Part shown: piece by piece, positions 47,394 through 59,450 of the stretch
Layout of the letters: each line of letters starts with the position of its first letter
Position numbering within the stretch: the first letter of the stretch is position 1
Assembly (NCBI RefSeq): GCF_006345805.1
Contig: NC_043014.1
Coordinates: 22,506,001-22,570,000 of the forward strand
Length of the DNA: 64,000 nt
Reading direction: 5' to 3'
Source: Octopus sinensis
Taxonomy: Eukaryota
The notes under the pieces: generated by a model
Database searches by the model: none
Seen by the model: the letters and a program-made list of their open reading frames with translations, nothing else
What the model was told of the DNA's origin: nothing
Position numbers and translations under genes: made by a program

Positions 47394-48054
47394 ATCTAAA
47401 AGAAGAAACTAATGGCTAAGTTGCCTAAACCTTAGGCAAGTATCTTCTACTATAGCCTTGGGCTGACAAAAGCCTAGTGAGTGGATTTGGTAGGTATATA
47501 TATACACAGACAGATATATATATATATCTGTGTGTGTATCTTTGTGTCTGTGTTTGTCCCCCCACCACTGCTTGACAACTGGTGTTGTTGTGTTTACAAC
47601 CCTGTAACTTAGCCGTTTGGTGTGCTAATGATTCTGCCAGCTTGCCACCTTAGGTGTGGAAAATATTGGTCAAAATATTCCAGTACTTCAACATCAGAAA
47701 TGTTACTGGAATAACTTGAACCGAGTTATAGTATGGTTAGTTAAACTAGTATGTTATGTATTATATAACTGTTAATCATGTATCTTATGTAACTGAGTTG
47801 TGTCTAGGTACATACTTGTTTACATTTTAAAATGTTGTCTCCTGCCCCCATTACTATCAATGGTAGTTGAGGAAGAAGAGAATAACAAAATTCTGATGAA
47901 TTGTTACCGACAGGCACAGGCGTGGTTGTGTGATAAAAAACTTGCTTTCCAACAACATATTTCTGCGTTCAGTCCCACTGTGTGACACCTTGTGAGTGGA
48001 TATGGTAGACAGAAACTAGAAGAATTCTGTCATATATACATGTATATGTATATC

Positions 48055-49781
48055 ATCATCATTATCATCTTCAGTTGGCATCTACTTCCCATGCTGGATG
48101 GGTTAGACAGTTTAAAACTGATAAGCTGGAGAGCTGCACCAGGTTCCAGTTTGATTCAGTATGGTTTCCGCAGCTGGATGCCCTTCCTAACACCAAACAC
48201 TCCAAGAGTGTAATGGGTACTATTTACGTGCCACCAGCATTGGCCACAACTACACTTTCCCTTGGTTTGACGAGTCTTTTCAAGCACAGCATGTCGCCAA
48301 AGGTCTCAGTTACTTATTGTTTGCCTCCATGAGGCCCCACATTCAAAGTGTGCCTTTTATGTGCCACCAGCACAAGTGCCTGTTACATGAGACACTGGTG
48401 TCAGCCATGACTACAGTTTCACTTGGCTTGTCATTGCCTCCATGAGACCCAATGTTTGAAGATCATGCTTCACCACCTTGTCCTATGTCTTCCTGGTCTA
48501 ACTCGTCCATAGGTTCCCACCACAGTTAGAGATTAGTATTTCTTTACACAGCTTTCCTCATCTATATGCATCACATGCCCATGCCAGTGCAGTCATTTCT
48601 CTTGCATACCATATCAGATGCCTCTTATGCCCACCTTTTCTCTCAAGACACTTACACTCTCTTATACATGCATACTGATACTGCACATCCAGCAAAGCAT
48701 ACTAGCTTCATTTCCTTCAAGCCTATGCATGTCCTTGGTGGTCACAGCCCATGTTTCACTGCTGGGTAGCATGGCTGTTTGCTTGCAGGCATCATACAGT
48801 CTGCCTCTCACTCTGAGGGAGAGGCACTTTGTTACCAACAGAGGTCAGAGCTCTCTAAACTTTATCTAACCTATTCTTATTCTAACAGTTACACTCTCGG
48901 AGCATCCACCTCCACTACTTACTTGTTCACCTAGATAATGGAACCTATCAACTACTTCTAACTTTTCCTGCTGGCATTGGATGGAGTCTATTTTCTGTAC
49001 ATTTTTAGTGTTTATTATATGTGTGCACCTTCCACACACAAAAACTAGTTTCCCTGTTAATCTTCCCCTGATATTGCTGCACCTCTTGCGTGTCCATAGC
49101 TTACACCTGGTACATTTTATAGAGTTTCTATCGCCACCTTTTCTACTGATTGAGTTGGTACATATACCCGAAGGGATTTGTGAATTGTCTGCTTTCCTAC
49201 TTACTAAGACTTTGCATTTTGCTAGATTAACCTTTGATTCTAGACCTTGCTTCCACACCTCAAATTTATTCTCTAGTTCTGGAAGTGATTCGGCTATGAA
49301 AACAAGGTCATCAGCATAGAGGAGCTCCCAGGGGCAGCCTGTCTTAAATTCCTCTGTTATGGCCTGAAGGACTATGATGAACAGGAGGGGACTGAGGACT
49401 GATCCTTGGTGAACTCCTCCTTGTACCTTAAATTTATCGCTATACTCATTGCCAACCCTCACCTTACTGACAGCATCCCTGTATATTACTTGTATGGGTC
49501 TCTCCAACCACTCACCTATCTCTAGTTTCTGCATTGACCACCAGATAAGGGAGTGCGGAACCCTATCAAAGGTTGTCTCCATGTCAACAAAAGTCAAGTA
49601 CAGGGGTTTATTTTTGGCTAGGTACTTCTCCTGCATCAGCCTTACCAGAAATATAGCATCAGTGGTGCTTCTCTCTGGCACAAAACCAAACTGCATCTCA
49701 TCTAGACTAACTCTCTTCCTAATTAGCTGGGCTATGACCCTCTCTGTAACTTTCATTGACTGATCCAACAATTTGATACCT
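48055..49781 (-). mobile_element. RTE-clade LINE, 5'-truncated (RT region open 48866-49781, then 3' UTR)
   Basis: GIKLLDQSMKVTERVIAQLIRKRVSLDEMQFGFVP...VHQGSVLSPLLF...LLYADDLVFIAES...FHYLGEQV; (cat)n tail at ~48053. Confidence 0.92.
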
Positions 49782-49789
49782 GTGTGCAT

Positions 49790-50015
49790 ATGTGTGTGTG
49801 TGTGTGTCTGTGTGTATTTGTCTTCCACCACTGCTTGACAAACAGTGTTGGTGTGTTTATATCCCTGTAGCTTAGCAGTTTGGTAAAAGAGACCAATAGA
49901 ATAAATACCAGGCTTAACAAAAAATAAGCACTGGGGTTAATTCATTCAACTAAAAATTCAAGGTGGTGCTCCAGCATGGCCACAGTCTAATGACAGAAAC
50001 AAGTAAAGGATAAAA
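49790..50015 (+). mobile_element. 3' half of the ~400-bp SINE
   Basis: Ends ggtggtgctccagcatggccacagtctaatgacagaaacaagtaaagg. Confidence 0.78.
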
Positions 50016-50133
50016 GATCAGTTCAGTTGGTTCAATCCTCATCCTAATCCTGTTGAAAAAGTCATTATAGGTTTCAGCCTTTTGTTATTATATTTCTACT
50101 GTTTGAAAATAATGAAGAATTTAGTAATATATA

Positions 50134-50555
50134 GGTGCAGGAGTGGCTGTGTGGATATAGGCGCAGAAGTGGCTGTGGTAAGTAGCTTGTTTACCAACCA
50201 CATGGTTCCGGGTTCAGTCCCACTGCGTGGCACCTTGGGCAAGTGTCTTCTACTATAGCCTCGGGCCGACCAAAGCCTTGTGAGTGGATTTGGTAGAAGG
50301 AAACTGGAAGAAGCCCGTTGTATATATGTATATATATATGTATGTTTGTGTGTCCGTGTTTGTCCCCTAGCATTGCTTGACAACTGATGCTGGTGTGTTT
50401 ATGTCCCCGTCACTTAGCGGTTCGGCAAAAGAGACCGATAGAATAAGTACTGGGCTTACAAAGAATAAGTCCTGGGGTCGAGTTGCTCGATTAAAGGTGG
50501 TGCTCCAGCATGGCTGCAGTCAAATGACTGAAACAAGTAAAAGAGTAAAAGAGAG
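50134..50555 (+). mobile_element. Full-length tRNA-derived SINE with a duplicated 5' head
   Basis: ggtgcaggagtggctgtgtgg + ggcgcagaagtggctgtgg, B box gggttcagtccc, tail ggtggtgctccagcatggctgcagtcaaatgactgaaac. Confidence 0.9.
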
Positions 50556-51369
50556 AGAGAATAATATACTTTTCTGTTTTTTTGGCTGGTGTTTGGAATA
50601 TGAATTAATATAAAATTTTAATAGAAGGTTTTAATTTACATCACTTAAAGCAGTCTCAGATAGATTGATATTAAAAGAGTTAATTTCACACCTACAGCAG
50701 TCAACCAGTTACAATAATTGACTATAGAAACTCTTTGGTGGCTAAGGAGTCTGTGGAAACAGACTGATGGCTCCTCAAGTAATAGACTAATTGATATACT
50801 TGATTCAATAGTAATATTCTAATGATCAGATTAATCAAGAGACTGTTTTAGACAACAGATATACTAAAGAAATTATTCAGAGAAACCATTTACATGAAAA
50901 GGAATAGTTAAGTTAGCATATTTAATGAAGTGAACACTAAAAAGCTAATTAGAAATAATTATGTAATGAGGAAAAGATAATATTAGTTCTGGGTTAATAT
51001 TATTTTAATTGATCTGGCTAATATGATAGCTAATTCCAGGCATGTTTCAGCCTTATTAGCCTTCCCAAGTGCATATGGTCGACTTATTGGACATGGTATT
51101 CTATAACTAGATGCCCTTTCTGTTGCCAAACCATACTTGCATTTTAAGCTAGATATTTTTTATTCAAGTGATTTCTACACATCAAACAGCTAAGCTATGG
51201 AGTTATGGAGCATATTGCTTACAGGAGACATAAACAAATGTCACTGCTATCTAGGCAGTTACAAGACATGCAACACTCACATATATATTATATTATGACA
51301 GAGGGCTAAGATATGTGGCACATTGCTGTACTTGAGAAGACCAGCCCACCACAACAGAATTTAGATCCT

Positions 51370-51640
51370 AAAAACAAGGTGCCACGTAAAAAGCATTGAT
51401 ATGGGTGCTGGTGCTATGTAAAAAGTACTGGTAATGGTACCACTTAGTAGTGATAGTACCATGTAAAAAGCAACCAGTACACTCTGTAAAGTGATTGGCA
51501 TTAGGAATGGCATCCAGTCATAGAAACCAAGTCAAAACAGACTGTGGAGCCTGGTGTGGCTCCTGACTTTGCCAGTTCCAGTCAAGCTGTCCAAATTATG
51601 CCAACATAGAAAACAGACATTAAATGTTGATGATGATGAT
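51370..51640 (+). mobile_element. RTE LINE 3' UTR fragment with (GAT)n tail
   Basis: Reverse complement of the 12470-12700-type sequence; similar fragments at ~61590-61760 (-) and ~63760-63940 (+). Confidence 0.7.
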
Positions 51641-52825
51641 TACATGATAGGAGGTTCCTGCACAGTTTGAGTGAAATTTTACTCAAAAGGTATCAGACAG
51701 CTTGGGGCATTGAGAGAAAATACTTGTCCATGGATCCATAAAATGTGATTGAACCCCAAACTACGTGGTTGTGAAGTAACTTTTTAACCACACAACCATA
51801 CATCAGACTTCTTGCTATACATTACCATAATCGTCTTTTAGGCCTGGATTTTGTGGGGAGGGGTATAGTTAATCACATCAACTCCCAGTACTCAACTGGT
51901 ACTTAATTTATTGACCCTGAAAGTTTGAAAGGCAAAGTTGGCCTCAACGGAATTTGAACTCAGAATGTAATGGCAAACAAAATATTGTACTAGCTTTGGT
52001 TTAAAACGTACATTTTAATCTCAGGTTGGCTCAAACAACACTAAGTTTATGGCTTTATTCAGTTTGTGGTTGGCTGAATAAACAGGCTCCTTCTAACAGG
52101 TGCTCTCTGCTACGTCTGATTGTCACTTATATAATATGCCTGCCTCCATGTTTAATTGAGTTCCTTGTTGTACTTCTCTAAAGGACTCCCAGCATGCAGT
52201 TTTGCTCTATCATGTTAACGCTGGCCTCTCTCACACAAGATCAACCCTTCTTCCATGTGCACCAGCAGTATAGACCAAACTCAATGCTGTTATCTCATGC
52301 TTTCTATATACACAAATCTCTTTCTATATACACAAAGTACAACTAATGTCTTCCCACATTCATTCATTCACTGCTACCACACTACAGACATCTCTATAAA
52401 ACATTAACATTGTACTTAACCCACACTGCAGCAAATAAAGTTTTACTACTGAACAAGAGTGAGTCGCTGTTGTATATCATCTAACAGCTAATGAACACAC
52501 AAACACAGTCAATGAAATCTGTCTGCCACATACTGCTATCAACATCTACCATTGCTGACATCGTCATCTTCAACCAACAACCATGGAGTCGACCCAAATG
52601 AGAACAACTTTTGTTAAACTTATAACCAACAGACTACGTTAAGGTAGTGGTATCAACAAATCATCACACTGGTGACCTCAGAACTTCATATTCATATAGT
52701 AATCATCCTTACTAAACTATAATCATATAAACTAATAAGCAGATTGGTGGCTATTGTAATTTTAATAATATAAATTCAATGGTTATCCAGGTAGCCTATG
52801 TCAGCATGGTAATGGAATATCTGAG

Positions 52826-53274
52826 TTGACCCTTTGCATTGAAACTGGCCATATCCAGCCAAAATATTCTATCTGTTTTGTGTTCAAACTGACAAGATCT
52901 AGGCTCTCTCACCTACCTTACTGTATCATTATAAAAATAAACAATCATAACAAAATCTTGAGGCTACAATATAATGCATGATTAATTCAAAACAATGTGA
53001 ATGAGTAAGCGTTACATTTAACAGAATAATCTGAATGCTAAAGGATTAACTCTTTAGCATTGAGATTACTCTGTCAAATGTGATGTTTATTGATTCACAT
53101 TGTTTTGAATTAATCATGCATTAATCTTGTAACTTTGAGATTTTCATGATGTGACTGTTTATTTTTAGAATGACATTGTAGAGCAGGTGTGAGAAGCCAT
53201 ATCTGGCCATTTTGAACATAAAACAGGTAGGATATTTGGAGTGGATATGACAGGTTTAAGTGCGAAAGGGTTAA
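52826..53274. mobile_element. Two inverted ~220-bp TTAA-type (piggyBac-like) MITEs sharing a central TTAA
   Basis: ttgaccctttg...ctaaagga|TTAA|ctctttag...cgaaagggTTAA; the two halves are diverged reverse complements. Confidence 0.75.
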
Positions 53275-53543
53275 GAGACGAACAAAATCCCCAACAAATA
53301 AAACACAACAGAACACAGTCAATAACATTACTGAAAGGAGAACTAAAAAAGAATTCACAGTGTTGAATGGTCATCATTTGTCAAAAAAAAAAAAAAAGAG
53401 GACAGAGAGATGGAAGAAAAAGAAGAAGGAAAGGAATGCTAAGTGAAAAAAATAAAAATTGAAGTAGTGGTTTGCAGAAAGAAGAGCAAGTTAAGGGAGA
53501 TAAATGAAAATGTTGGCAGGGCTTACAAAGAAAGAGTTTGAAA

Positions 53544-54330
53544 GGATCTTTTCACTTTGACCGGCAGATTTTTAAAATAAATTCCATGTAACTAAACACT
53601 TTTAAACTTCGTATTCTGGTAGAATGTGTTTATAAAACATCTTTTTCTCTTGGCTTTATTGAGAAAATTCTGTAGTTTGTAACATATTTGTTGTTTAATT
53701 TCTTGCATTACAGTAATTTCAGCCAATCAATGACATCAATTGAGGTGAATTCAATTTCTGCCATAACATTTTCTGGTGGCGTCATATGAAAATGTCCCTG
53801 TTTTTTATGAGAAAAAAGATACCCTGTGGCCATAAACTGAGGGGTCACTCGTAAACAGAGCTGGATAACAAAACCGTTCCCTCTTTAGTGTCCACCCATA
53901 ATTATGACTCTAGTATCGATCTATTGCATTTCAATCTGTTTTAGAGTTAGAGTTAGGGTTAGGGTTAGGGTTAGGGTTAAGGTTAGGGATAGGGGTGGGG
54001 GGAAGGGTATCTTTTTTTCATCAGAAATGTAAATAAACCCAATCTGTTTCTTAAACGAATATATAATATGTAACAGGGACATTTTCATATGACACCACCA
54101 GAAAATGTTACGGCAGAAATTGAATTCACCTCAATAGACGTCATTGATTAGTTGAAATTACCGAAATGCAAGAAATTAAACAACAAATATGTTACAAACT
54201 ACAGAATTTTCTCAAGAAAGCCAAGAGAAAAAGATGTTTTATAAACAAATTCTATCAGTATACGAAGTTTAAAATTTTTTAGTTACATAGAAATTATTTA
54301 AAAAATCTGTCGCTCAAAGTGAAAAGATCC
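53544..54330. mobile_element. Foldback/MITE-like element, copy 3 (259-bp inverted arms, internal (TTAGGG)n)
   Basis: Arms 53544-53802 / 54072-54330; 8-bp TSD GTTTGAAA (53536-53543, 54331-54338); telomeric-type array 53941-53994. Confidence 0.93.
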
Positions 54331-55145
54331 GTTTGAAATTTTGGCATTGTGATATTCTGGTTGCAGATATTCTGGTGTATTATGAATAATATAAGTCCAG
54401 TAGTAATGCAGGTCTTGTATGTTAGTGTGGTAATGGAATATCCAAGTAGAGCAAGGAGAAAACACAGTAGCTATAGTTACAGTGTGATCAACAGACTGGT
54501 TCCTATAGTAATGCATTAGACTAGTAACCATGTCAACAGACTGATTGCTATACTAATTAAACCAGCAGTTAGAGCAACAGACTAATCAGCACATAGTTGC
54601 CATGGCTACACATTATGCTCCAGTTACTAATCTCTGTTTATCTCACATTAATACACACACATACACACACACACACATGCATGCACACAAACACACACGC
54701 ACATACACACACATGTATGTATGTATGCATGTATGTATGTATGTATGTGTGTGTTTGTGTGAATGTATGCATAAATATATATATATATTCATCTGAGTGC
54801 AGAAACACAGAAATACTCTTGATTTGTGTCAGGGCACACAGCAAAACTACTGATAGTGAGGGACTTCAAGATGTTGTCCCAGCATTCTTTTAAGAAAGGA
54901 ATACTCTGATTACTGGTCATCTTGCTTTGGCCTATCAATAAGTTCTAATCACACAGATTCAGAGAATGGTACTCATATTCTACAAGCATTTATCCCTATA
55001 TTCCAGTGTTGTACATCTACAGAAAGTTCTATGACAATGGAAAAGTGGCAACATGTGCAGACCTGACCATTTGGAAGCACAGAGTAAGTTACAACTTTCG
55101 TCTGTCACTTATACTTCAAACTGCAAATCTACAGGGAGAGTGAAT

Positions 55146-57965
55146 ACAGCCACAAGACAAATAGAAATTGCCTGCCCCTCCCAGCCAAAAGAGGGTAGTG
55201 GAGCAATCTTCACAATGGATTCAGCTGATAGCTGGACCTGTCCCTCATGCGACAGCAGGTGTTCAACATAAACCTACAAGTCAGCAATACTCAGGTTTAT
55301 CTCGAACAGGCAGCACCCCTCAGTAGTACTGGCAGACAAGGGATTTCTGGAAGTTATCCATAGGCCCAAGCCTGAAAGTTCTCTGAAACAGACCAGTTAG
55401 TTGATCTTCATCAACACCCAGAGTTCCCCAAGAACTAGCCCTCTATAGAACACTAGAGTGGAACTACTACCAACTGCATTGCTCCTCAAAGTGCCAAGCA
55501 CCTCTCTTCTGTCTACGTCTAATCCAGGATTGCAGCTCAGCCAAAGAGATGAGCTGTGGAAAGGTGTGCCTGACAAATGGTGACCACACCTGCTCACCAT
55601 CAAGGAAATGCTAGAAATGTCACAACCTCAGTGCACGTCAGTGCATCAGTAATCATGGCATGCCCAGCCCTTCATTCAGCAGCTGTTGACAGCAGATGGA
55701 GCACCTGACCATTGGAATGTGCTCCTTCTACAGAATGCCGAAGAGTAAGCACACCAGCTTGGTCAACTAGCAAACAGGACAAAAGATGACAGTTGAGTAG
55801 TAAAAAATGACGGATGACATGTACACATTCGCCACCTTGGCTTGACCTTACAGGGACAGCTTCCTTTTGGCCCATTTCTGGGTGAGCTTCACTACCCTGC
55901 TCATCACCTCATCCTAGTTTTTTTCCACCTGGAGGTCTGGACCAAACTAGACTCTGAGCAACTTAACTGGATCGTCTGTCCAGCACCCAACAATGCTGTT
56001 GGATGGCATGGACTTGCCTCTCCAGCTGCCAAGTTGCAAGCCCACTGACTTTTCCATGTTAATTTTTTGCTCCTGTCACCACTTCATATTCTTGTAGTGT
56101 GTCGCCAATCAGCTCTATATGCCTGTGGCTCAATACTACGAGGGTGACATCATCAGCGTAAACAGACACACTTCTCCCACATCCTAGATCATGCAGGACA
56201 TGCCTCAATGCCTCCAACTTCTGCAGTAATGGCTCAAGAGTCAGTACATACAGATGGGAAGAGAGAGAGGGCACCCTTGACAGACCAAACGCAAGATGCT
56301 GAATGGCTCTGACAGGTGACCATTCACCTGAACAGATCCCACTGTACAAAGCAGCGATCCTACCACAGAAAATGGGACCAAAACCAGCTGCATTGAGGAC
56401 AACTGCCACGTATTGATGGTCGACCCTATCAAAGGCTGTAGATTGATCTAAATTGATCAGAATCCCACCCATGCCAGCTTCGTTACCCACCCTCTCTACG
56501 ATGTAGCACATAAGATGGAGTTTATCGTAAATAATCCTGGTTGGGATGGTGCATGTTTGTGCCTTGCCAACCAGCTTGTCGACAATAAGCATCAACCTCT
56601 TGGCTAACACCTTGGCCAAAATCTTCAACTCTGCATTGAGCAGAGTGACGGGCCTAAAATTCTCCATAATGTCCCCCTTGTTTGGGTCCTTTCTCAGCAG
56701 TGTCATCACCCCTCCACTGACAAAAGTGGGAATTCTTCCATTCTGTTACCAGTTGTAGTTGATGTCTGCTAAGAGGCCTGCAAACAAGTCTGGCATCGAA
56801 GTATAAAGCTCGTAGGGCAGACCATCCAAATCTGACGATTTACCTCTCATGCAGCTTTTCATTGCTTCCTGTATCTCCTCTACTGTTATCAGCCTTTTGC
56901 AGCACTCTGCCTCACTCGCTGAGAGTCGTGGCAGTCCATCCAGGTACACACTGAAGTCTGCTCTGTTATCTATCCTACTATTCATCCCAAACAGGTGAGC
57001 AAAGTGCAGCTGAAAAGCTCCGCACATCTGTTTTGATTCGAACACCTCGCATCCGGTCTGGTCCTGCAAAGACCGAATGGTGGCTTTATTGCCACTTTTC
57101 ACCTCTGCCATGCAAGCCCATCATGATGTTTTTGTTCCTTTCCCACTTAGTGAACATGCCTTAGCTCTGACAATGCAGCCTTCATGTTTGGCATTGAAAT
57201 ATTGGTTGAGGCCAACCTAGCTGCCAACACATCAGTTGTGATACCTGTCCTAAGTGCCTCATCTAACTTTCTAACTAAATCTCCCATTCTATTTCTCTCT
57301 ACCACTAATGCCTTGCTAAACCTAATTGATTCTACTCTAATTGCCCTTTTACGAGCAAACCACCAGTTGTTGTTGACGATTGCACCCATCAATACCCACT
57401 TAACCAATTCACTAATCCGGTCTCTGTAAGCTTGATATGCCAGTAATTATGTGTCTGGCTTCCAGTAACCAGGACCCTGTCTATGAAGCCTATCTAAGTA
57501 CAGATCACAAATTTGTGGTCTGTGTAGCCGGCCATGTGAAATTGTGGACACCCTATGCTATCCCTGTTCGCTGGCCTACAAAATACCCTATCTAGATATG
57601 ATAGCCTGAAAGCACTGCCGTCATTGCTGCTCACATCTAGGACCACCAACTTAACTTCTGGATCCAGGAAGACTGCCTTTATTTTCAAATTTAGACCCTT
57701 CTGGAAAACCACTACAGTACCATAGCAGCCACTCCCCTTGACAATAGAATCCACCTTGTTTTTCACAAAATAAAAAGCAAAAATTTAGAGAAAGGACTAA
57801 AATGTCCAAAATGGCCCCTAAAAAGATGAACTTTCAACAACAAACCTCTTCTGGTCAAGAAAGGTTCACAAAATCAACAATTGAAGTAAAACAGGCAACA
57901 ACCTTCAAAAAACGACAGCAAAAATTGCAACTTACAGAGCTCAAAAAAACACATCTTCACTCGCC
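55146..57965 (-). mobile_element. Tx1/L1-clade LINE relic A (EN remnant, RT, C-terminus with zinc-knuckle region deleted)
   Basis: FLDPEVKLVVLDV...FRL, YTDHKFV (EN); DGLPYELY, NFRPVTLLNAELKILAKVLAKRL, LDQSTAFDRVDH, YADDVT (RT). Assignment of 57770-57965 as 5' UTR is inferred. Confidence 0.85.
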
Positions 57966-57984
57966 AACAACAACAACAATAATT

Positions 57985-59450
57985 CATTTTTTATTAGCCA
58001 CAAGGGCTTACATAAAACAACATTAAATGCCATGACACAACATAAAATATAACAAAGGGTTTTCAGTGTGTAAACAATAAAAAACAATAAAAATTAAATG
58101 TAAACTCCCAAAAGGGGAGGTGCTTTATAGGTCCTTATCAAAAATACCACAAAAAGCTACAGGTGCCTGATCAACAGGGCAAGAGTCCTTCTTTTATCTT
58201 TCACAGGCATACACTCAAAATTGGTCCTTTCACATCGGCAATTCTTCCAACATTCACCCATCTTTCAACAAACTTGCTAGAAGGCAATGCTTTCCTCTCC
58301 ACCCTCAGCTTCCTTTTCAAGTGAAACTTGAAAAAGTTGATGAAGGCTTGGCCAAAGAGGAAAGTGTCTGAATTTAGCCCTTTCAGACAAGCCCACCATA
58401 CTACCTCTTTCACTACAGCCACCAGACAAATAAAAACTGCCTGCCCCTCCCAGCCAAAAGAGGGCAGTCTTTACTATGGATTTAGCTGATAGCCAGATCC
58501 ATCCTACATGTGACAACAGGTGTTTGATCTAAACCCACAGGTCAGCAATACTCAGGCACTGGATGAGGGCATGCAGAAAGGTTTCATTGTTCTGCGTGTA
58601 CCTCAAGCAGGCCCAGCTGATGGCACTTCCGTGCCTGTAAAGTTTATCCCGGAGAGGCAGTGCCCTTTGGTAGGGATTTCTCAAAATTATCCATAGGCGT
58701 AGGCCTGAAAGTTCTCTGAAACAGACATATTAGTTGATCCTTGTCGATGCCCAATTTTTCTCCAAGAACATTGTCGCACTTCCCCTCCACTAGCCCTCTA
58801 TAAAGTGCTAGAGTGGAACAACCACCAACTGCATTGTCCAGAGTTGTGAGCACTTGATGGCACACAAGGTGCCAAGTGCCCCACCTTGGTCTATGCTTAA
58901 TCCAGGTTTACAGCTCATTCAAAGAGACAAGCTATTGAAAAAGTGAGTCACACCTGCTTACCATCAGAGAAATGTTGGAGATACTGCAACCTCAGCACAT
59001 GTCTGCACATCAACAACCACAGCATGCCCAGCCCTCCATTAAGTGGCTGTTGACAGCAGATGGAAAGCCTGACCAGTGGAATGCACCCCTTCCACAGAAA
59101 GTAGAAGAGCAAGCGCACCAGCTTGGTCAACCAGCAAACGAGGCAAGGGACAAAAATCAAGTGGTAATAGATGACAGATGTGATATACACATTCACCACC
59201 TTGGCTCGACCTTACAGGGACAGCTTTCTCTTGGCCCATTTCTTGGTGAGATTGGCTACCCTGCTTCTCATTTAATTCCAGATTTTCTTACACCTGGAGA
59301 AAACCAAATCTGGACCAAACCAAATCCTGAGCAATTTAATTGGACCCTCTGTCCAGCACCCCACGATGCTGTTGGACAGCATGGACTTGCCTCTCCAGGT
59401 GCCGAGTTGCAAGCCCACTGACTTTACCACTTCAATTTTTGCTCCTGTCA
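57985..59450 (-). mobile_element. Tx1/L1-clade LINE relic B (ORF2 C-terminus + 3' UTR)
   Basis: Homologous to 55146-56075; degenerate knuckle CLRYTQNNETFLHALIQC; poly(A)-like end then (TTG)n at ~57965-57992. Confidence 0.8.

Noticed and set aside
53941-53994. TTAGGG array as evidence of a chromosome end or fusion site
   Set aside because: It is short, unidirectional and internal to a TSD-flanked transposon present in other copies.
57802-58026. Q/K-rich ORF MSKMAPKKMNFQQQ... as a host exon
   Set aside because: It is the antisense of the T-rich junction between two Tx1-like elements; no splice or homology support.
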